Positions 29,011 to 44,179 of a DNA stretch of 64,000 bases are shown in pieces (within the stretch, counting starts at the first letter, position 1; each line of letters opens with the position of its first letter). A program made the translations under genes and the position numbers. The notes below the pieces were generated by a model, which saw only the letters and a list, made by a program, of their open reading frames with translations, was not told the origin of the DNA and made no database searches. This stretch comes from Octopus vulgaris. Lineage: Eukaryota. The stretch spans positions 20,956,001 through 21,020,000 of the forward strand of contig OX597832.1 of NCBI GenBank assembly GCA_951406725.2, in the 5' to 3' direction.

Positions 29011-29490
29011 AGGCGGAGGGGAGGACATAAGGAATACTAAAATGTAGATGGTGTGACTGATCAAGATATAAAGAAAGCATTTTTTACGATATGGCCTCAG
29101 GTAAAAGATCTTCCTAATAATATGAGAACGATATCATTTGGATTGCTTCTGGCTACACCGAACTGAATTACTTTTCTGTGACCTTTCGGGGATTTTTCGT
29201 TTCTCATTTTATTCAAAATTTTTCTTTATATCTTTTTATTACAATCTTTTTTTGTTAGTTTTTATTTTCTTTTATATATTTCCTGCTTAGTATGCATTTG
29301 TTATAAGGTTTTGTTTTAGGTTGATTTTTCTTTTGGTTTTCTTTCAAACTTCAAAAAATTTAGGAATTATGGAATTAGCTTGAAAGAAAAAATATAAAAC
29401 AAAAATTAAAAAGCTTTTTCCTTTTTGTTCTTAAGTTTTGTGTCGCTGGGTCATTAACTATGTTTAACACAAGAAACAAAATAACAAAAT

Positions 29491-29539
<49 letters not shown>

Positions 29540-30188
29540 ATGTATGTATGTATGTATGTATATATATAAATGTATGTATGTATGTATGTATGTATATATA
29601 TATATATCTATATATACACACTTATCTACAATCGCACATACATATAAATATGTGTGTTTATATATGTATGTATCTTTGTATGCGTATGTGTGCGGGCGGT
29701 AATGTGTGACAGACTAGGAAACCCAAAAACGACAACAACCATAAAAAAGATGTTTTAGATAATACGTCCGATAACCACTAAAGAATTCAGCTGCTGTGAT
29801 TCTGCTGACGTCTAGTTCCAACTAATGATATGGCTGCTGGCCAGTTCCCCTATATCTCTATCTGGAAACTACCTACTGTTTTTAGTGAGTTGTTCGGTTT
29901 TGATATAGTTCTATGTTTATATTAATATTTATATGCATGACGTCCTCACATTATAGGTATTTATATGTGTGTATATTTTAGATATGTAGATGTAAATAAA
30001 TGTGTGTGCATCCATCCTTACAAATGAATATGTATGCATATATATGTACACATATATATATATGTATATATATATACATGCCCACGGGCATACTTTTACA
30101 TACATATATGTGTACGTACATGTAAATATGTGTATATACACATACATACGTACATATATACATCTCAACATAATTAAGGATACGCTTG

Positions 30189-30263
<75 letters not shown>

Positions 30264-30979
30264 GTGTGAGATGTCTGTATATGTATGTATTCGCATACTT
30301 CTAAACGTTACCTGTCTGTACAAATGTGTGTGTGAATACGTATGTATGTATGTATGTATGTATGTATGTATGTATGTATGTATGTATGTATGTAGGTATG
30401 TATGTATGTATGTATGTATGTATGTATGTATGTATGCATGTATGTATCGATACACTCGCACATACATACAGAATACTTCATCTATATTTCTATCGTTAAC
30501 AAATCGATCCAGTTCAATATTCGTGCTATGTGTTTCGGTCGTACGTTCCTTTTAATGACCAAATGTATGATGTTAAATTGCAGTGAATATTTATTTTGTC
30601 GATTCATCAATTAACACTGGGTCTATTATTTATATATTATTTAAAGTGAATAATAAACACGACACTATTGTGATCATGGCTACTTTTTAGAGAAAAGCTG
30701 CATTACTATGACTATTTCGTGTACTTTACATTCCAGAATGAGGTCAAATATTTTATTATGCTAATTTCCTTGTTCTTTTACGCTATTATTTTTTCACTAT
30801 TGCTTTAGTTATTGGACTGCGCTCATACTGGGGTACCGTCTTGTACAAGAAATTATTTCTAAACAACAAGTCACATTTTACTTTCCCCTAAATAGTGCAC
30901 CTTCGATTTGAGATAGAAATTGTAAGGTATCTCCCTCACTTCCATTCATTTTCTTCTTCAATCACCTTCTCTCTCTCTT

Positions 30980-31012
<33 letters not shown>

Positions 31013-31409
31013 ATCTATCTATCTATATATCTATCTCTTTCTTCATGAATGAGTCACGCTTGTTTTCATGTCACCGAGGGCACACACCAATGCGAAAGTC
31101 TGAAGATTCAACTACGGCAAAATTGGCAACACGGTACACCATAAAACTCCAAAGGGAAACTATACCACTGGATGTAGCTCGGCGTTTTACCCAGGACTTT
31201 TTTATTTAAATAAAAGTTGACATTAATGTCAACATTTAAATGAATGAATATTGCAAATATCATTCCCTCGTTTCTTTCACTGTTGAGATTAACTAAAATA
31301 GAACAATAATTGATACCTTTAATACACAAGAAACGAGGTTTTTGAGCAAGGCATAATAGACACTAAATATACACATACACACACACAAACACACACATGG
31401 CGCAATCTG

Positions 31410-31772
31410 GGGACATGTACTGAGAGTGATAAAAATCAAACATCCAGTAAATATCATTTCTTTTTTGTAGTGATCACTAGTGATGGCGACATTATGCGTC
31501 CTTTAACCTTCCTGCGCAGCATCAAACTCAACACGCAAGCCTACATCAAGTACCTGGAGGAGGTAGTGCTGTTCTGGGTCAATGGTGTGGCTGCTGGAAG
31601 ACACGATGTCTGGCAACAGGGCTTTGCAGCATGCCACACAAGCAGGACAATCGAGTCATGGCTGTCAGACAATTTCTGTGACCACATCACTCGTAACATC
31701 TGGCCACCAAACTCCCTAGATTGCAACGCCTTTGTCTGTTACGTGTGGGGCGCCTTTGATTATTATGTGTGG
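31410..31772 (+). mobile_element. Tc1/mariner-superfamily transposase relic (catalytic domain)
   Basis: VITSDGDIM..LNTQAYIKYLEEVVLFW..WQQGFAACHTSRTIESWL..WPPNSLDCNAFVCYVWG matches the QQDxAPxH and WPPNSPDLNPxDYxVWG motifs, with the second catalytic D lost. Confidence 0.85.
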
Positions 31773-31884
31773 AGTATATACAGTAGCATATGTATCACTG
31801 CTGATATTGACATCAGATAGCCAATAAGTCTGGAAGTGCTTAACACCAAATACTACAGGGTTTTTACTCGAATATAATTTTATG

Positions 31885-31948
<64 letters not shown>

Positions 31949-32347
31949 CTATGTTCTCTAACCGGCAAAATTCACTTATCTGCAGAAATATTTCCGGTAG
32001 TTTGGCACGCCATAACGAAGGCTTTTGAAAAGTGACTCCGATTGTAATCAGTAGAACTGTATACATGTTCAATCTCATGTGGACGCCCTGTGTATAGTTC
32101 TGCAAATTATGGTTGCTAAGACGATCACACTAAAGAGATTCCCTGATGGTTACGTAAATGATTACGTAAGCATCACCAACAAAGCCATGGTTTGTGATTA
32201 ATCTATATTTTGTATCTTTTCATTTGTCTTGCTCGCTCACGTTTTGGCGTTTGCTAAATTTTTCTTGAGAACAATCCCTTCTTAGTGGTAAGATGATATC
32301 GGATCTTCTTCTAGCATAATGGATGTCCACTTACAGGTCATCCTTTT

Positions 32348-32405
<58 letters not shown>

Positions 32406-32739
32406 TGTTCATATGTATGTATGTCATTATTCAGTTTATTTCAAGATTTCTTACCAATAGAGAAAGAACCGTTTTCTAACCTAGATCCAAGTCTCCCTCG
32501 TTGGAATTTCAACATTACCAAAGGGTATTTTTGTTTGAATGAATGTATGCATGTATGCATGTATGTATGTAAAACAGATGTCCCTTGCGATTTGTCTCTT
32601 ATTCAGACTGTCTCTATTTAATATTTCTTGTAAAATATTCTTCATATTTTGAAAGCAATCACATGACACAAAAGCAAAATCAACATTAAAAAACGCATAT
32701 GCAAATAGTGAAATATACATAAGTACACACACTTCAAGA

Positions 32740-32792
<53 letters not shown>

Positions 32793-33018
32793 CATACAAA
32801 TTTATATATTATATTATTTATAGAACATATAATATATATGCATATATACATATGTACGCACACATAAATTATATATAAATATATTCATATATATATGCAT
32901 ACTTATATTTACATATGTTCACATATAAATATATAGATATGTTTGTGTGTGTACGTAGATGTGTGCGTGTACGTACATGTGTGTGCGTGTGATGGTGTGC
33001 CCGCACGCACATGTGTGT

Positions 33019-33053
<35 letters not shown>

Positions 33054-33970
33054 CAATAGAAGGAGCGGAAAGGGAGACAGTACAATGACCAAACAAATCC
33101 AAACACATCAAGTTAAAATAACGTCACACACACTCATACCCCCTTCACAAACATGGCCGCACCCACAACGCACAAGTACACACCAAAGAACTACAAGCAC
33201 TACACACCACACAAACGCACATGCGCACAAACACGTACATACACGCACATAATTCGACAACACCTAACACTTAAAAAAAACATTCGCACAACAGATTTTC
33301 GTCCCATTTTTTTTTTTTTTACCTACTTTACGTCATGAAGATCTCGTAGATTTTGAAAACGGTTCTTCGCTAATTCCGTGTCAACAATATACATGAATAG
33401 AGCGAAGACTTGCTGTCTGCATTGGAATTATACAGTATCCTCTTAGATTCTTCAACGTGCTAAGTCTCACTCACACCACTCGTTCATCCCTACTTCATTC
33501 CACTGAAGAACTGAAGAATTTACCAAAGCCAAAATATCTAACGAAACCTAAAAAACGAGACCAAACACATATGAAGATAATCATAAATATATACATATGT
33601 ATATATGTATATATATGCATTTATGTTCTGTATATATGTATATATATGATGTATGTATTGTATGTTTGTATATGATTCCTGAGAACAGGTTTTTTGATTA
33701 TAACTATCTTCTTTTTATTAATTATGCTGCTGTTTATTTTATGGATGTTTATTGATTGTTTTCATATGTTATTCTTTTGTGGGGACGGTGGAAATATATT
33801 TGAATATGTTTGTTAATTTTTTGCATCATTTCAAATAGAATATCAACATCCGAAGTAGATACGTATTGTTCAAAAAAGATGTCTTATCCAAGTTTTGTTG
33901 AATGTTTGAACGAGTCTCGAACTTTTTCGCTTTCTTCATTAGATAAATATAAAAACAAATATATAATAAT

Positions 33971-34023
<53 letters not shown>

Positions 34024-34104
34024 CACACATATATATATATATATTATATACATATATATACATATATATAATTTTTTTTCATATATATATATGTGTGTAC
34101 ATAT

Positions 34105-34174
<70 letters not shown>

Positions 34175-34413
34175 ATTTTTTCATATATATATAAGTATGT
34201 ACACGCACGGTCATATAGATTTATAAGTAAGCCTATATTTATAAGTATATAAACATATATATATATATGTATATATGCATGTTTATACATATATATATAT
34301 ACGTACATGTATAAACATATATTTATATGCATGTGCATAGAAAACGTATATATATATTCATGAATAGATATATATACACCTATATATATATTTATATATA
34401 TATATACATATAT

Positions 34414-34444
<31 letters not shown>

Positions 34445-35039
34445 CAAACACACACACATACGCGCGTGAATATATGTGTGTGTGTGTGTAACAGAACTCT
34501 CTTCCATTTGATTGTTTTCTTCCTCATAACTTCTACTATTTGAAGTTCAAAGTAAATTCATTTTCTTTATCTCAATTTTACCTTGTCTCATAGTCCCTTA
34601 CACCAGGACGCTTTTTGCCATCTTTTGAGACATACACATCGTTCAAATTGTTCAAAAAAAAAAAAACAAGACATTTGAGGGTATATTAATCAAAATGAGA
34701 TGTATTAATTTCACGCCTATTATAAGTGGAAGCTTTTCTGACGTTTCGTGCCTATGCTCTTCTGCAGAAGGGAATGAGAAAAGTAAACAGAGAGAGGGGA
34801 AAATGCAGTGAGAATAAAGTAGTGTCTCGAGTAATGGCGGTTTATGTTGAATTGACCTGGAGGATGGAGGTAATCGTTGGAAACAAGGGTCACAAGGGTG
34901 ACAATACAATTCGGGCTAAAGAATATGTGTGTAAGCGTGTATGTGTATGTGAGGATAATGTATGCTTTGTATATGTGTGTATGGGCCTAGCGCGTGTGTG
35001 GTACCGTGTGCATGTCCTCCATGTATTTACGTATGCGTA

Positions 35040-35088
<49 letters not shown>

Positions 35089-35532
35089 CTGGTTATGTAT
35101 GTTTATGTATGTATGTGCGTAAATACGAATCAAGCATGGAATGTGGCTGAGAAGCTCGCTTTGTATGCCTGCCGTTTCAAGATATTTCCCAGAGCAGTTT
35201 TTAAAATATCCCTAGGTAGATTATGCCTTGGCGGGCGATAACAAGTTTGGATGTCTTTACATGCGCTTTTGTGTGCATATGTGAATGTGTGTGTGTGTCT
35301 GAGAGCATATGCATGTGTATTTATGTTGGGTGTGAAATCCATTAGTTTTGTTTGACCGACAAGCGTTTTTAGTTTGTTTATCCATGAAGAAGCCAAAAAT
35401 AAATAAATAAATAAATAATAATAATTTCCAAGCATAATGTATGCATTGATTTTGATATAAATGTAGATTTTAAAGAAAAAATACACATAAAGACGTTGCT
35501 ATAGCATGGTCGTGATCAATAAAAGAATGTAC

Positions 35533-35599
<67 letters not shown>

Positions 35600-35602
<3 letters not shown>

Positions 35603-36830
35603 TATTCTCAAGGATGAAATCTACATAGGATGTAGCTAGAATGTAAAAAATATTTTAGGCAAAAATTAATATAAATTATTCAATTCTATAAATATAATTA
35701 TAAAATTATAATTAGGGCAACTACTGAATAATGCCACATGCTAGAAGACGCCAAATGGCACTAAAACTACTTTATTTATCATATACACACGAGCCGAAAT
35801 GCAAAGATAGTCGGTGTGGCACATACTGGCCAATATATGAACACAAAAAACTTTATAAAAATATTCACAAACTCAAATATGAACTGCAAAATCAGAAATT
35901 TCATTACTGCATCAAATGCCGAAATTATGAAGAACTATATGTGAGTCAGATGGCAATACACTATCAGAACGTTCACGCGATCAACGACGGCAAATCAAAG
36001 ATGTCCGACAGATGCGGTCGGAAAATATTTGTAATATTTCCATTCTACAAACTACGAAGTCCAAGGGAAATTGAGAGTAAAATCACAGAAAAGAACTTTA
36101 TTAATGAATTACAACCCAAGCTAAGTAAACAATAATAGTAATACTCAGAGGTACTATTGCTACTACTACGTTACTACCACTAACAACAACAATAATACTA
36201 AAGCTTCACATGTTGACGATAGCAAGAAAATACTAGCGAAGGCAAAAGAAAAGTCAGTAAAAATAATCTTATTTAGGATTTAAAGTTTTATTACCACAAC
36301 TACTCCTACAACCACCACCACCAACAACAACAACAGTGAAAGCAATAATAAAAGTGATCATAACGGTGATGATGATAATTGAAATATAAAGATCCCTGGA
36401 AAATATTGTTTACAACATTTTGAAAAAACAGTCAAACAATTACTGGTTTGGCCAGGGTGAAAATACAGGTCTATTGGCATGTTCAACAAAACGTGACACC
36501 TAAATGAAACACCAATAATATTAAGTAATTTAGTGGAGCCGCACATTGATTCGTCAGAATACAGGTTGCAAAACTTAACATTCTGGAGCCTACACAAATG
36601 TACTTAAGGCACGCATTTTAGCCATCCCACTACAGTTGTAAAATATAAAACATAACTGTCACCATTACAATAAGAACCTGAAGATTGCATACTTTAATGC
36701 ATGAAAGTACTAGTTCAATCATAATGGACACTTAATATTCTATCATTTCATTATTTCATATTATCTTTTATAATCATAAGATTGTAAATAAAACGTGAAA
36801 ATCAATGTTGGAATTTCTTTGAGTAATATA
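35600..36830 (+). mobile_element. 5'-truncated Penelope-like element (Cys linker, GIY-YIG endonuclease remnant, 3' region with hammerhead)
   Basis: ORF 35731-36135 contains KCKDSRCGT, YCIKCRNYEELYVSQ (cf. IYCIxC..YVGQT) and FVIFPFYK..ITEKNFINELQPKLS (cf. E..FI..L.P.LN). An alternative frame gives MNCKIRN just before YCI. The fragment starts at a (TA)n tract. Confidence 0.8.
36674..36716 (+). ncRNA. Minimal type I hammerhead ribozyme motif
   Basis: gaac CTGAAGA t tgcat acttta atgca t GAAA gtac TA gttc. Stem I gaac/gttc is perfect, stem II is tgcat/atgca, stem III region AGTACT is palindromic, and the cleavage triplet is CUA. Confidence 0.8.
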
Positions 36831-37031
36831 TTTTTCTAATGATTGGCGGAAACAAAGATTAGATTTAACGAGGATCTTTATTCAGCAAAACAATCGTTTT
36901 GATCCGAATGGGATATTATACATCTATTAGTGTTGCATCCATCAATCAGCATATTAGTAGACATATATATGTGTGAGTCTGTGTGCGTATGTATATATAT
37001 ATATGTGTGTGTGTGTGTGTGCATGTGTGTG

Positions 37032-37066
<35 letters not shown>

Positions 37067-37378
37067 GCATATATATTGAACGACTTGAACACAGAATAAT
37101 TCTGCTTTTGTCAGCACATATGTACATTCGTGTGTGTGTAGTATATTTATATATTCATGTATGTATATATGTATGCATATATATATATATATATATATAT
37201 GAATATAATACGCACACACACAGGTGGTTCAGCTTTTCTCAACAGATCAATAGACCAATCAAGTAAACCTTCCAGTAACGTACTTATAATGACTACTGGA
37301 AACAGCTGTAAAGCAAATTTACTCTAATGAAGGGAATATATGTAATGACAATTATTTATACGTCATCACATACATCTG

Positions 37379-37467
<89 letters not shown>

Positions 37468-38349
37468 GTATAGATCGATAGATAAATGTATGGACATCCG
37501 TATATCTCTCTTTATTTATGCACGTGATCAGTTTTATATAGGATTGTTTATGTAGGATAGAGAGAAATTTTGCAAAAAATCAAGGGTTGTCAATCCCATG
37601 TGCGTAAATGTCTGTGTGTGTGCGACGCGCGCGTGCGTGCGTGCGTGCGTGCGTGTTTGCATGCATGATTGGGTGCGTATACATACCTACATACATACAT
37701 ATATATATGTTTGTGTGTGAGTGAGTGAGTATGTATAAGCATATATATACACACGCATATATGAATATATATATATGTATATATATATATATATGAATAT
37801 ATATATATATGTATATATATATGTATACATATAAGTATATATATATACATATGTATAAATGTATATGCATATATATATTTGCATATATATATATACGTAT
37901 ATATATGTATATATATATATACGCACACACATATATATATATATATACATATATAAATATATATATACAGACATATATATATATATATCTGTATATATGT
38001 TTATATATGTATATGTATACATTTATGTGTGTGTGTATGTGTGTTTTATATATATATGTACATACATATATACGAGGTTGCGTTTGTAGTGTAGGTTTTG
38101 TACGTATGCATGTGTCTGTTTAAACGTGTGTGGTATACTTAAGGCAGTGTGAAACAATTTTTATTTAAAGGTGTGTTGATGAATGAATGGATGCATGGAC
38201 GGATGGTTGATGGTGGTCTGTAGATGTTTGTGAATTTGTCTGTAAGAAAAATCAACGGGAAACGTAGTGAATAAACACGGCATGCAGGATAAACGGGGAA
38301 AATATAGGAAAGGTGAGAACGAGGATGTGGAGTCTGGTGATGGGGGCAG

Positions 38350-38441
38350 ATGAAGGAGGAGGAGAAGGAGAAGAAGAAGAAGAAGAAGAAGAAGAAGAAG
38401 AAGGAAAAGAAGAAGAAGGAAAAGAAGAAGAAGAAGAAAAA

Positions 38442-38487
<46 letters not shown>

Positions 38488-39240
38488 GTGATGATGAAGA
38501 AGAAGAAGAAGAAGAAGAAGAAGAAGAAGAAGAAGAAGAAGAAGAAGAAGAAGAAGAAGAAGAAGAAAAAGAAGAAGAAGGATGATTTAAGGTAAGATAC
38601 TGCTGGTGATGGCGTTGGTTGATGATAACGATGTTGGTAAGGAGAACATGAGGGGGTGATGATGATGATGATGATGTGGATTATGATGTTGATGATGATG
38701 ATGTGGATTATGATGATGATGATGATGATGATGTGGATTATGATGATGATGATGATGATTATGTGGATTATGATGATGATGGTAGTATGGGGGTAATGAT
38801 GATGACGAAAGTAGTGGTGGTGTTGTTGGTGGTGGTGGTGGTGTTGGTGTTGGTGGTGGTGTTGGTGTTGGTGGTGGTAGTGGTGTTGGTGGTGGTGGTG
38901 GTGGTGGTGGTGGTGGTGGCGGCGGCGTTGATGATGATGATGGTGGTGTTCATAATGAAGAAGAAAGAAGTGTAGCAAGAACAACTAGACAACTACAAAA
39001 AACAACATCAACAACAAACAGCAAACACATCTAGACGTTCACGCCGAAAAACAAATGCAAGATGCATAAGCGATAGTAAGAGGCGAAGAGAAAATGAATA
39101 CGAAGGGAGTAGGCGGAGTAGAAAGAGGTGGAGGTGGAGGAGGAGGAGGAGGAGGAGGAAGAGAAGGGGGAGGAGAAGGAAGAGAAGGAGGATGAGGCTG
39201 ATAAAGCAAAGAATGATGCGAAAGAGGAAGAAAGGGGAGG
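38350..39240. repeat. Compound (GAA)n/(GAT)n/(GGT)n/(GAG)n triplet repeats
   Basis: Directly visible; includes a higher-order unit (gat)n-gtggattat repeated four times. Confidence 0.95.
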
Positions 39241-39241
39241 A

Positions 39242-39284
<43 letters not shown>

Positions 39285-39302
39285 ACAAACATACATGTAT
39301 GC

Positions 39303-39350
<48 letters not shown>

Positions 39351-39518
39351 TCACAAACACACACGCACGCACAACACACATATGTACATATATATGTACG
39401 CATGCAAGAAAAACACTGACCAACAAGAACGCCATTATCGCCAATACCAAAGCCACGAGCTGTTTCTCCGTGAACGCCATACAATCCTTACATAATGTAT
39501 ATATATATGAATATATAT

Positions 39519-39600
<82 letters not shown>

Positions 39601-40245
39601 GTAGCTCTACATATAACCATAATGTCGCTGTTTACAGTTTTTCTCTATATATTCCATGAAAAAAACAATTTTTTTTCCAAAACAGGTTACTTAAAACAGA
39701 GAAAACAAGATAAGGAAAAAGTATGAACAAAATATCGAGACGTGTTGCCGTATAAATATGTAGATGCTTACATATTTGTCTGTGTGAGTGTGTGTTTGTG
39801 TGTATGCGTGTGTGCCTGCCTGCGTGTGTGTGTATACATCTATATGCAGACATACATTTATATACATAATATATATATATGTATGTATGTATGATTGTAT
39901 GTATGTCTGTCTGTATGTATGTATGTATGTATGTATGTATGTATGTATGTGTAACTGAAAATATACTATGAAACATAAAATTCGATAAGAATCTTTCTTC
40001 AACATATTCCGTGTTGTTTTATTCATAACACTAATTTTCTTATTTCTTTCTTTAAATAATTTTTCTAATTATTATCACAAGCGTTGGGTGTGAGGAGTTG
40101 TTATCGCTTTTTCATATATCGGAATGTCTATCTTAATCTATTTGTGTTCATGGTTATATGCGTGTGTGGATGTTGTTCTGGTTTATTTGTGTGTCGCCAG
40201 ATTTTCAAAATGTCTTTATATGGATATGTATGCACACACACACAC

Positions 40246-40317
<72 letters not shown>

Positions 40318-40612
40318 TTGTGTATAAATATAATATATATATATATATATATATGTTTGCCAAAAGTCTCATTTATACATGAGCCAATGTGAGTAATTGT
40401 ACATCTGTGTATATGAATGTAGAAGACAAAATGAATGGAAAAAATGAAAACAGATAGATATATGCATACGTGAGTGTATCTGTATATTTGTGTGTGCCTG
40501 TATATATATATATATATATATATATACGTGTGTGTGTATGTTTGTGTGTGTATGTAAGGGTACATATGTAAGTGTCTGTTCGTACTTATCTCTCCAACTA
40601 TATATATATATA

Positions 40613-40696
40613 CCGGAGTAAACACATAAATGTGAAACAAGGTGGAAAAAAGAGTACTCAAATACCAGTGGTAGAGTAATATGCTTTAAATAAAGC

Positions 40697-40697
<1 letters not shown>
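40613..40697. mobile_element. Fragment of the interspersed repeat also found at 61017
   Basis: ccggagtaaacacataaatgtgaaacaaggtggaaaaaa..ataccagtggtagagtaatatgcttta matches 61017-61100. Both copies start at a (TA)n tract. Confidence 0.8.
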
Positions 40698-40752
<55 letters not shown>

Positions 40753-41025
40753 ATATATATTCAGCTAGATACATACATAAAGCCATATATACACTTAAAC
40801 ACATATATAGGAGAGAGGAAGAGAGAGAGAGATGGATGGAGAAAGGATTTCATATGAGTACCTATTCTTATATATAATCTGAATACAGAAGTGTGTAAAT
40901 GGATATATTAATTGTTTACAAGCCCCAGGTACAGAGGCCTGGGTGATTACAATACAACATATATAGTTATCTACTGCTCCAACTGTTTAGTCATGAGATA
41001 AGCAATATATATGCGTATATATAAT

Positions 41026-41148
41026 CTTTTCTACTCTAGGCACAAGGCCCGAAATTTTGAGAGAGGCGGGGGCCAGTCGTTTAGACCGACCCCAGTATGC
41101 AACTGGTACTTAATTTATCGGCCCCGAAGGAATGAAAGGCAAAGTCGA
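41026..41148 (-). mobile_element. 5'-truncated family A SINE
   Basis: ttttctactctaggcacaaggcccgaaattt..aactggtacttaatttatcggccccgaaggaatgaaaggcaaagtcgac. Confidence 0.85.
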
Positions 41149-41467
41149 CAGACAGCCACGCACACAGATAGATAGATAGTTAGATTGATAGATAGATAAA
41201 TACATAGATGGACAGACAGCTAGACAGACAGACAAACACACAGATACAGAGATAGATAGTATATTTCAACATTCCAATCGTATTATCATCAATGAATGAA
41301 GGCTGCATTTCTGTGTTTTCAAATCTTCTTATCTTTCTTCCTTTTGCAGTATTTTTCAGTAATTATTTTATGAATTCTACTTTCATACAGCACAATTTTT
41401 TTTTACACGTAAATATGTCGACAAATGTAATTTATTTTACACACACACATATATATATAAATATATA

Positions 41468-41512
<45 letters not shown>

Positions 41513-42243
41513 GTATATATATATATATATATATGTAAACCAATATATATATATATACACACATATGTATGCAAGCATCTATGCATATATACATATATAT
41601 ATATATAGATGTATATTTATACATATATGAGAAGAAAAGAAAAGCGAATGGAGATAAGAAAGTTAACAATTGTTTATTATTACCAAATTAGTCATCTTTG
41701 CTTCTTACAGCTGTTTCAGTTAATACTCAATAATTAAATTGCAAAATTGTACATTAAATTTACATTCATGTGACATATTTTCAATTTCAAAAGAAGTAAA
41801 AAGGTGTATCTTTGTATGTAATATATACGCTTACCAATTCATTTCAATAAATCCAGTCTGTTGATAAACCCCCATGTAACATCCAAAAGTACATTTATCT
41901 CCCCCTGATGACATTATACACATCTCACATAAATGTAAGCGAAGACGACCAATTTGTTAATAAACAATTATTACCTCCCTTTTCTGCATTTTCTTTAATG
42001 CTTTTAAATTGACATAAACTACACTTTTTATATATACCTATTGTTTTAAGGGAATTACATACTCACCCACAAAATATACTAGGTATTGAACTTGATATTT
42101 CCTTGGCTCCAAACATTCCTTCACGAAATTAACATATCCTCTAATTAAGTTTAATAGTTATACACACACATACGCGCATACACACGCTTACACACACACA
42201 CATACACACACACACATATATATATACATATATATATGTGTGT

Positions 42244-42431
42244 GGAGACGCAATGGCCCAGTGGTTAGGGCAGCGGACTCGCGGTCGTAGGATTGCGGTT
42301 TCTATTCCCAGACCGGGCGTTGTGAGTGTTTATTGAGCGAAAACACCTAAAAGCTCCACGAGACTCCGGCAAGGGGTGGTGATCCCTGCTGTACTCTTTC
42401 ACCACTCTTTTTCTCACTTTTTCTTCTGTTG
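42244..42431 (+). mobile_element. tRNA-derived SINE, family C (3'-truncated)
   Basis: ggagacgcaatggcccagtggttagggcagcggactcgcgg.. with A-box TGGCCCAGTGG. A second copy lies on the minus strand at 55054-55360. Confidence 0.85.
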
Positions 42432-43227
42432 TATATATGTATATATATATATATATATACAGACATATGTATATATATATTTATGCATGTATGTATTGAT
42501 ATACGTATATCCTTATATAGATAGTTAGATTCATTGATAGAGAAATGCGTGTCTATGTGTGTGCATGTGTGCTTGTATGTGGCGTGTGTGCTGTGTGTGC
42601 ATGTGTATGGGTGTGAGTGCGTGTTTTTGTACGTGTGTGTGTGCTTGTGCGTTTGCATATAATACGTACAATGTGTTGGAGCACTCCTTCAGTGAACCTT
42701 CGATTTCGAATGAGAATCTATTACAACCATTGACTTACAAAACTAGATGTGAATAAACGCTCAGAAATGAATGCTTTGCTATTCCATTTTAATTTGGTCC
42801 TCAAATTAGCGTCAAGTGTTGTACGATGTTTCCCGGGAAAACTGCGATAGAACTGACGGGAATGAATTCGGATATTGTTTATGCTTGATGTATAAGGAAA
42901 GTGCACTACCCAAATTTTTGAGGATTTTATAATGATGATGGCGTAGAAATTTCACACAATATTAATGGCTGTACCGTGAAATTTATACATTTTCATACCT
43001 TTAATTATACGTTGGATACCTCGAAATACATACCAACGTTAAGTTCAGCTACAATCCAGATCTCTTTTACAATCCAGATCTCTTTTCAATATATTCCAGA
43101 TCTCACTTAACAATCAAAGACATACATCCACACATACGTTTATCATGTACTGACTGAAATCTATTTATCTGCCGAAGTGATTTCAATCATCGAACCTTTA
43201 TAATTTCTCAGTTCAACTTTGAATGAC

Positions 43228-44179
43228 CAAGGTCGTCGGTAAGCACCTGCAACCCCTGCGGTCACAGGAGACCTCAGCTGTTGAGGGCCCCTATATTAAG
43301 ATTAAAATGCATAGATGAGCTATCTATTTTCTTTGGATGAGATGTTAACTGAAAATGTCAAGCCTGGCGAGGAAAAAGTACGAGGGTGTACTGTAAATAA
43401 ATTTAAAAGAAACAAGTAAATGCAAAAAGCTTGTCAACGAATTCCCTAGGGAGATAATACAAAACAATGAAAATACGAACAACTTCAACATATATGTCTA
43501 TCTATGTACATATATACAGATATAGTTTGCTCACTGTCACCGAGCATTTCAATTCTTCACTTGCAACTAGTTTGTCTGCAAGGAACTATTTTCTCCTTGA
43601 ATTTGTGATTTCAGATAAAGATGAGAAATCTTTGGCATTTTGACTTTACTGCTTGAACTGTAAAACTATTTATCCAATCGAAATATTGCAACAGCTAACA
43701 GTGAAATATACAATGTAAAAAAGGCTTCTTCCGACTGTTACCAGGACTTTGAGAACATTCACGATTATATTTCAAAAATATATAATTTGAAATAGTTTGC
43801 TTTTGTTTTGGACTGAAGATTTTTTTGCATTTTAATGTCCTTGAATAAACTTTTTCGCTTACAAACACTGAGACAACTAAATTTCACAGTTGTTATTTTG
43901 AAATGCTTGTCTTTTGATGTTTGTGAATAAATATTCAACCCTACTAAATGTTGGCCTTCCTGAAGGTGAAATAATACGATAGTTCCAGCCCTAAATAAAT
44001 TTAACTTGCTCTACTTTTAAAGATGTTCTTTAGGATAACGTGAAATATTTAAGTTCAGAAAGAATAAAGTAAGTTATAGCTATGAATAAAAGGTGCGTAG
44101 ATTATGAATTTTGATTGAAGAGATGGTGCTTCGAAACAAAATGTTGCAGGGGGCCTCTAAAAGTCATGCGACACCACTG
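43228..44179. mobile_element. Non-autonomous hAT-like DNA transposon
   Basis: Degenerate termini caaggtcgtcgg and gcgacaccactg, subterminal gggcccc-like motifs, and an 8-bp TSD tgaatgac / tgaaagac with 1 mismatch. Confidence 0.6.

Noticed and set aside
36605-36614. taaggcacgc, matching the 5' end of miR-124
   Set aside because: It diverges after 10 nt, lies inside a Penelope-like fragment and has no hairpin.
42244-42320. tRNA gene candidates in SINE heads (also 10445, 15666, 27926)
   Set aside because: Cloverleaves are incomplete and run into repeat bodies, so they are SINE-derived rather than functional tRNAs.
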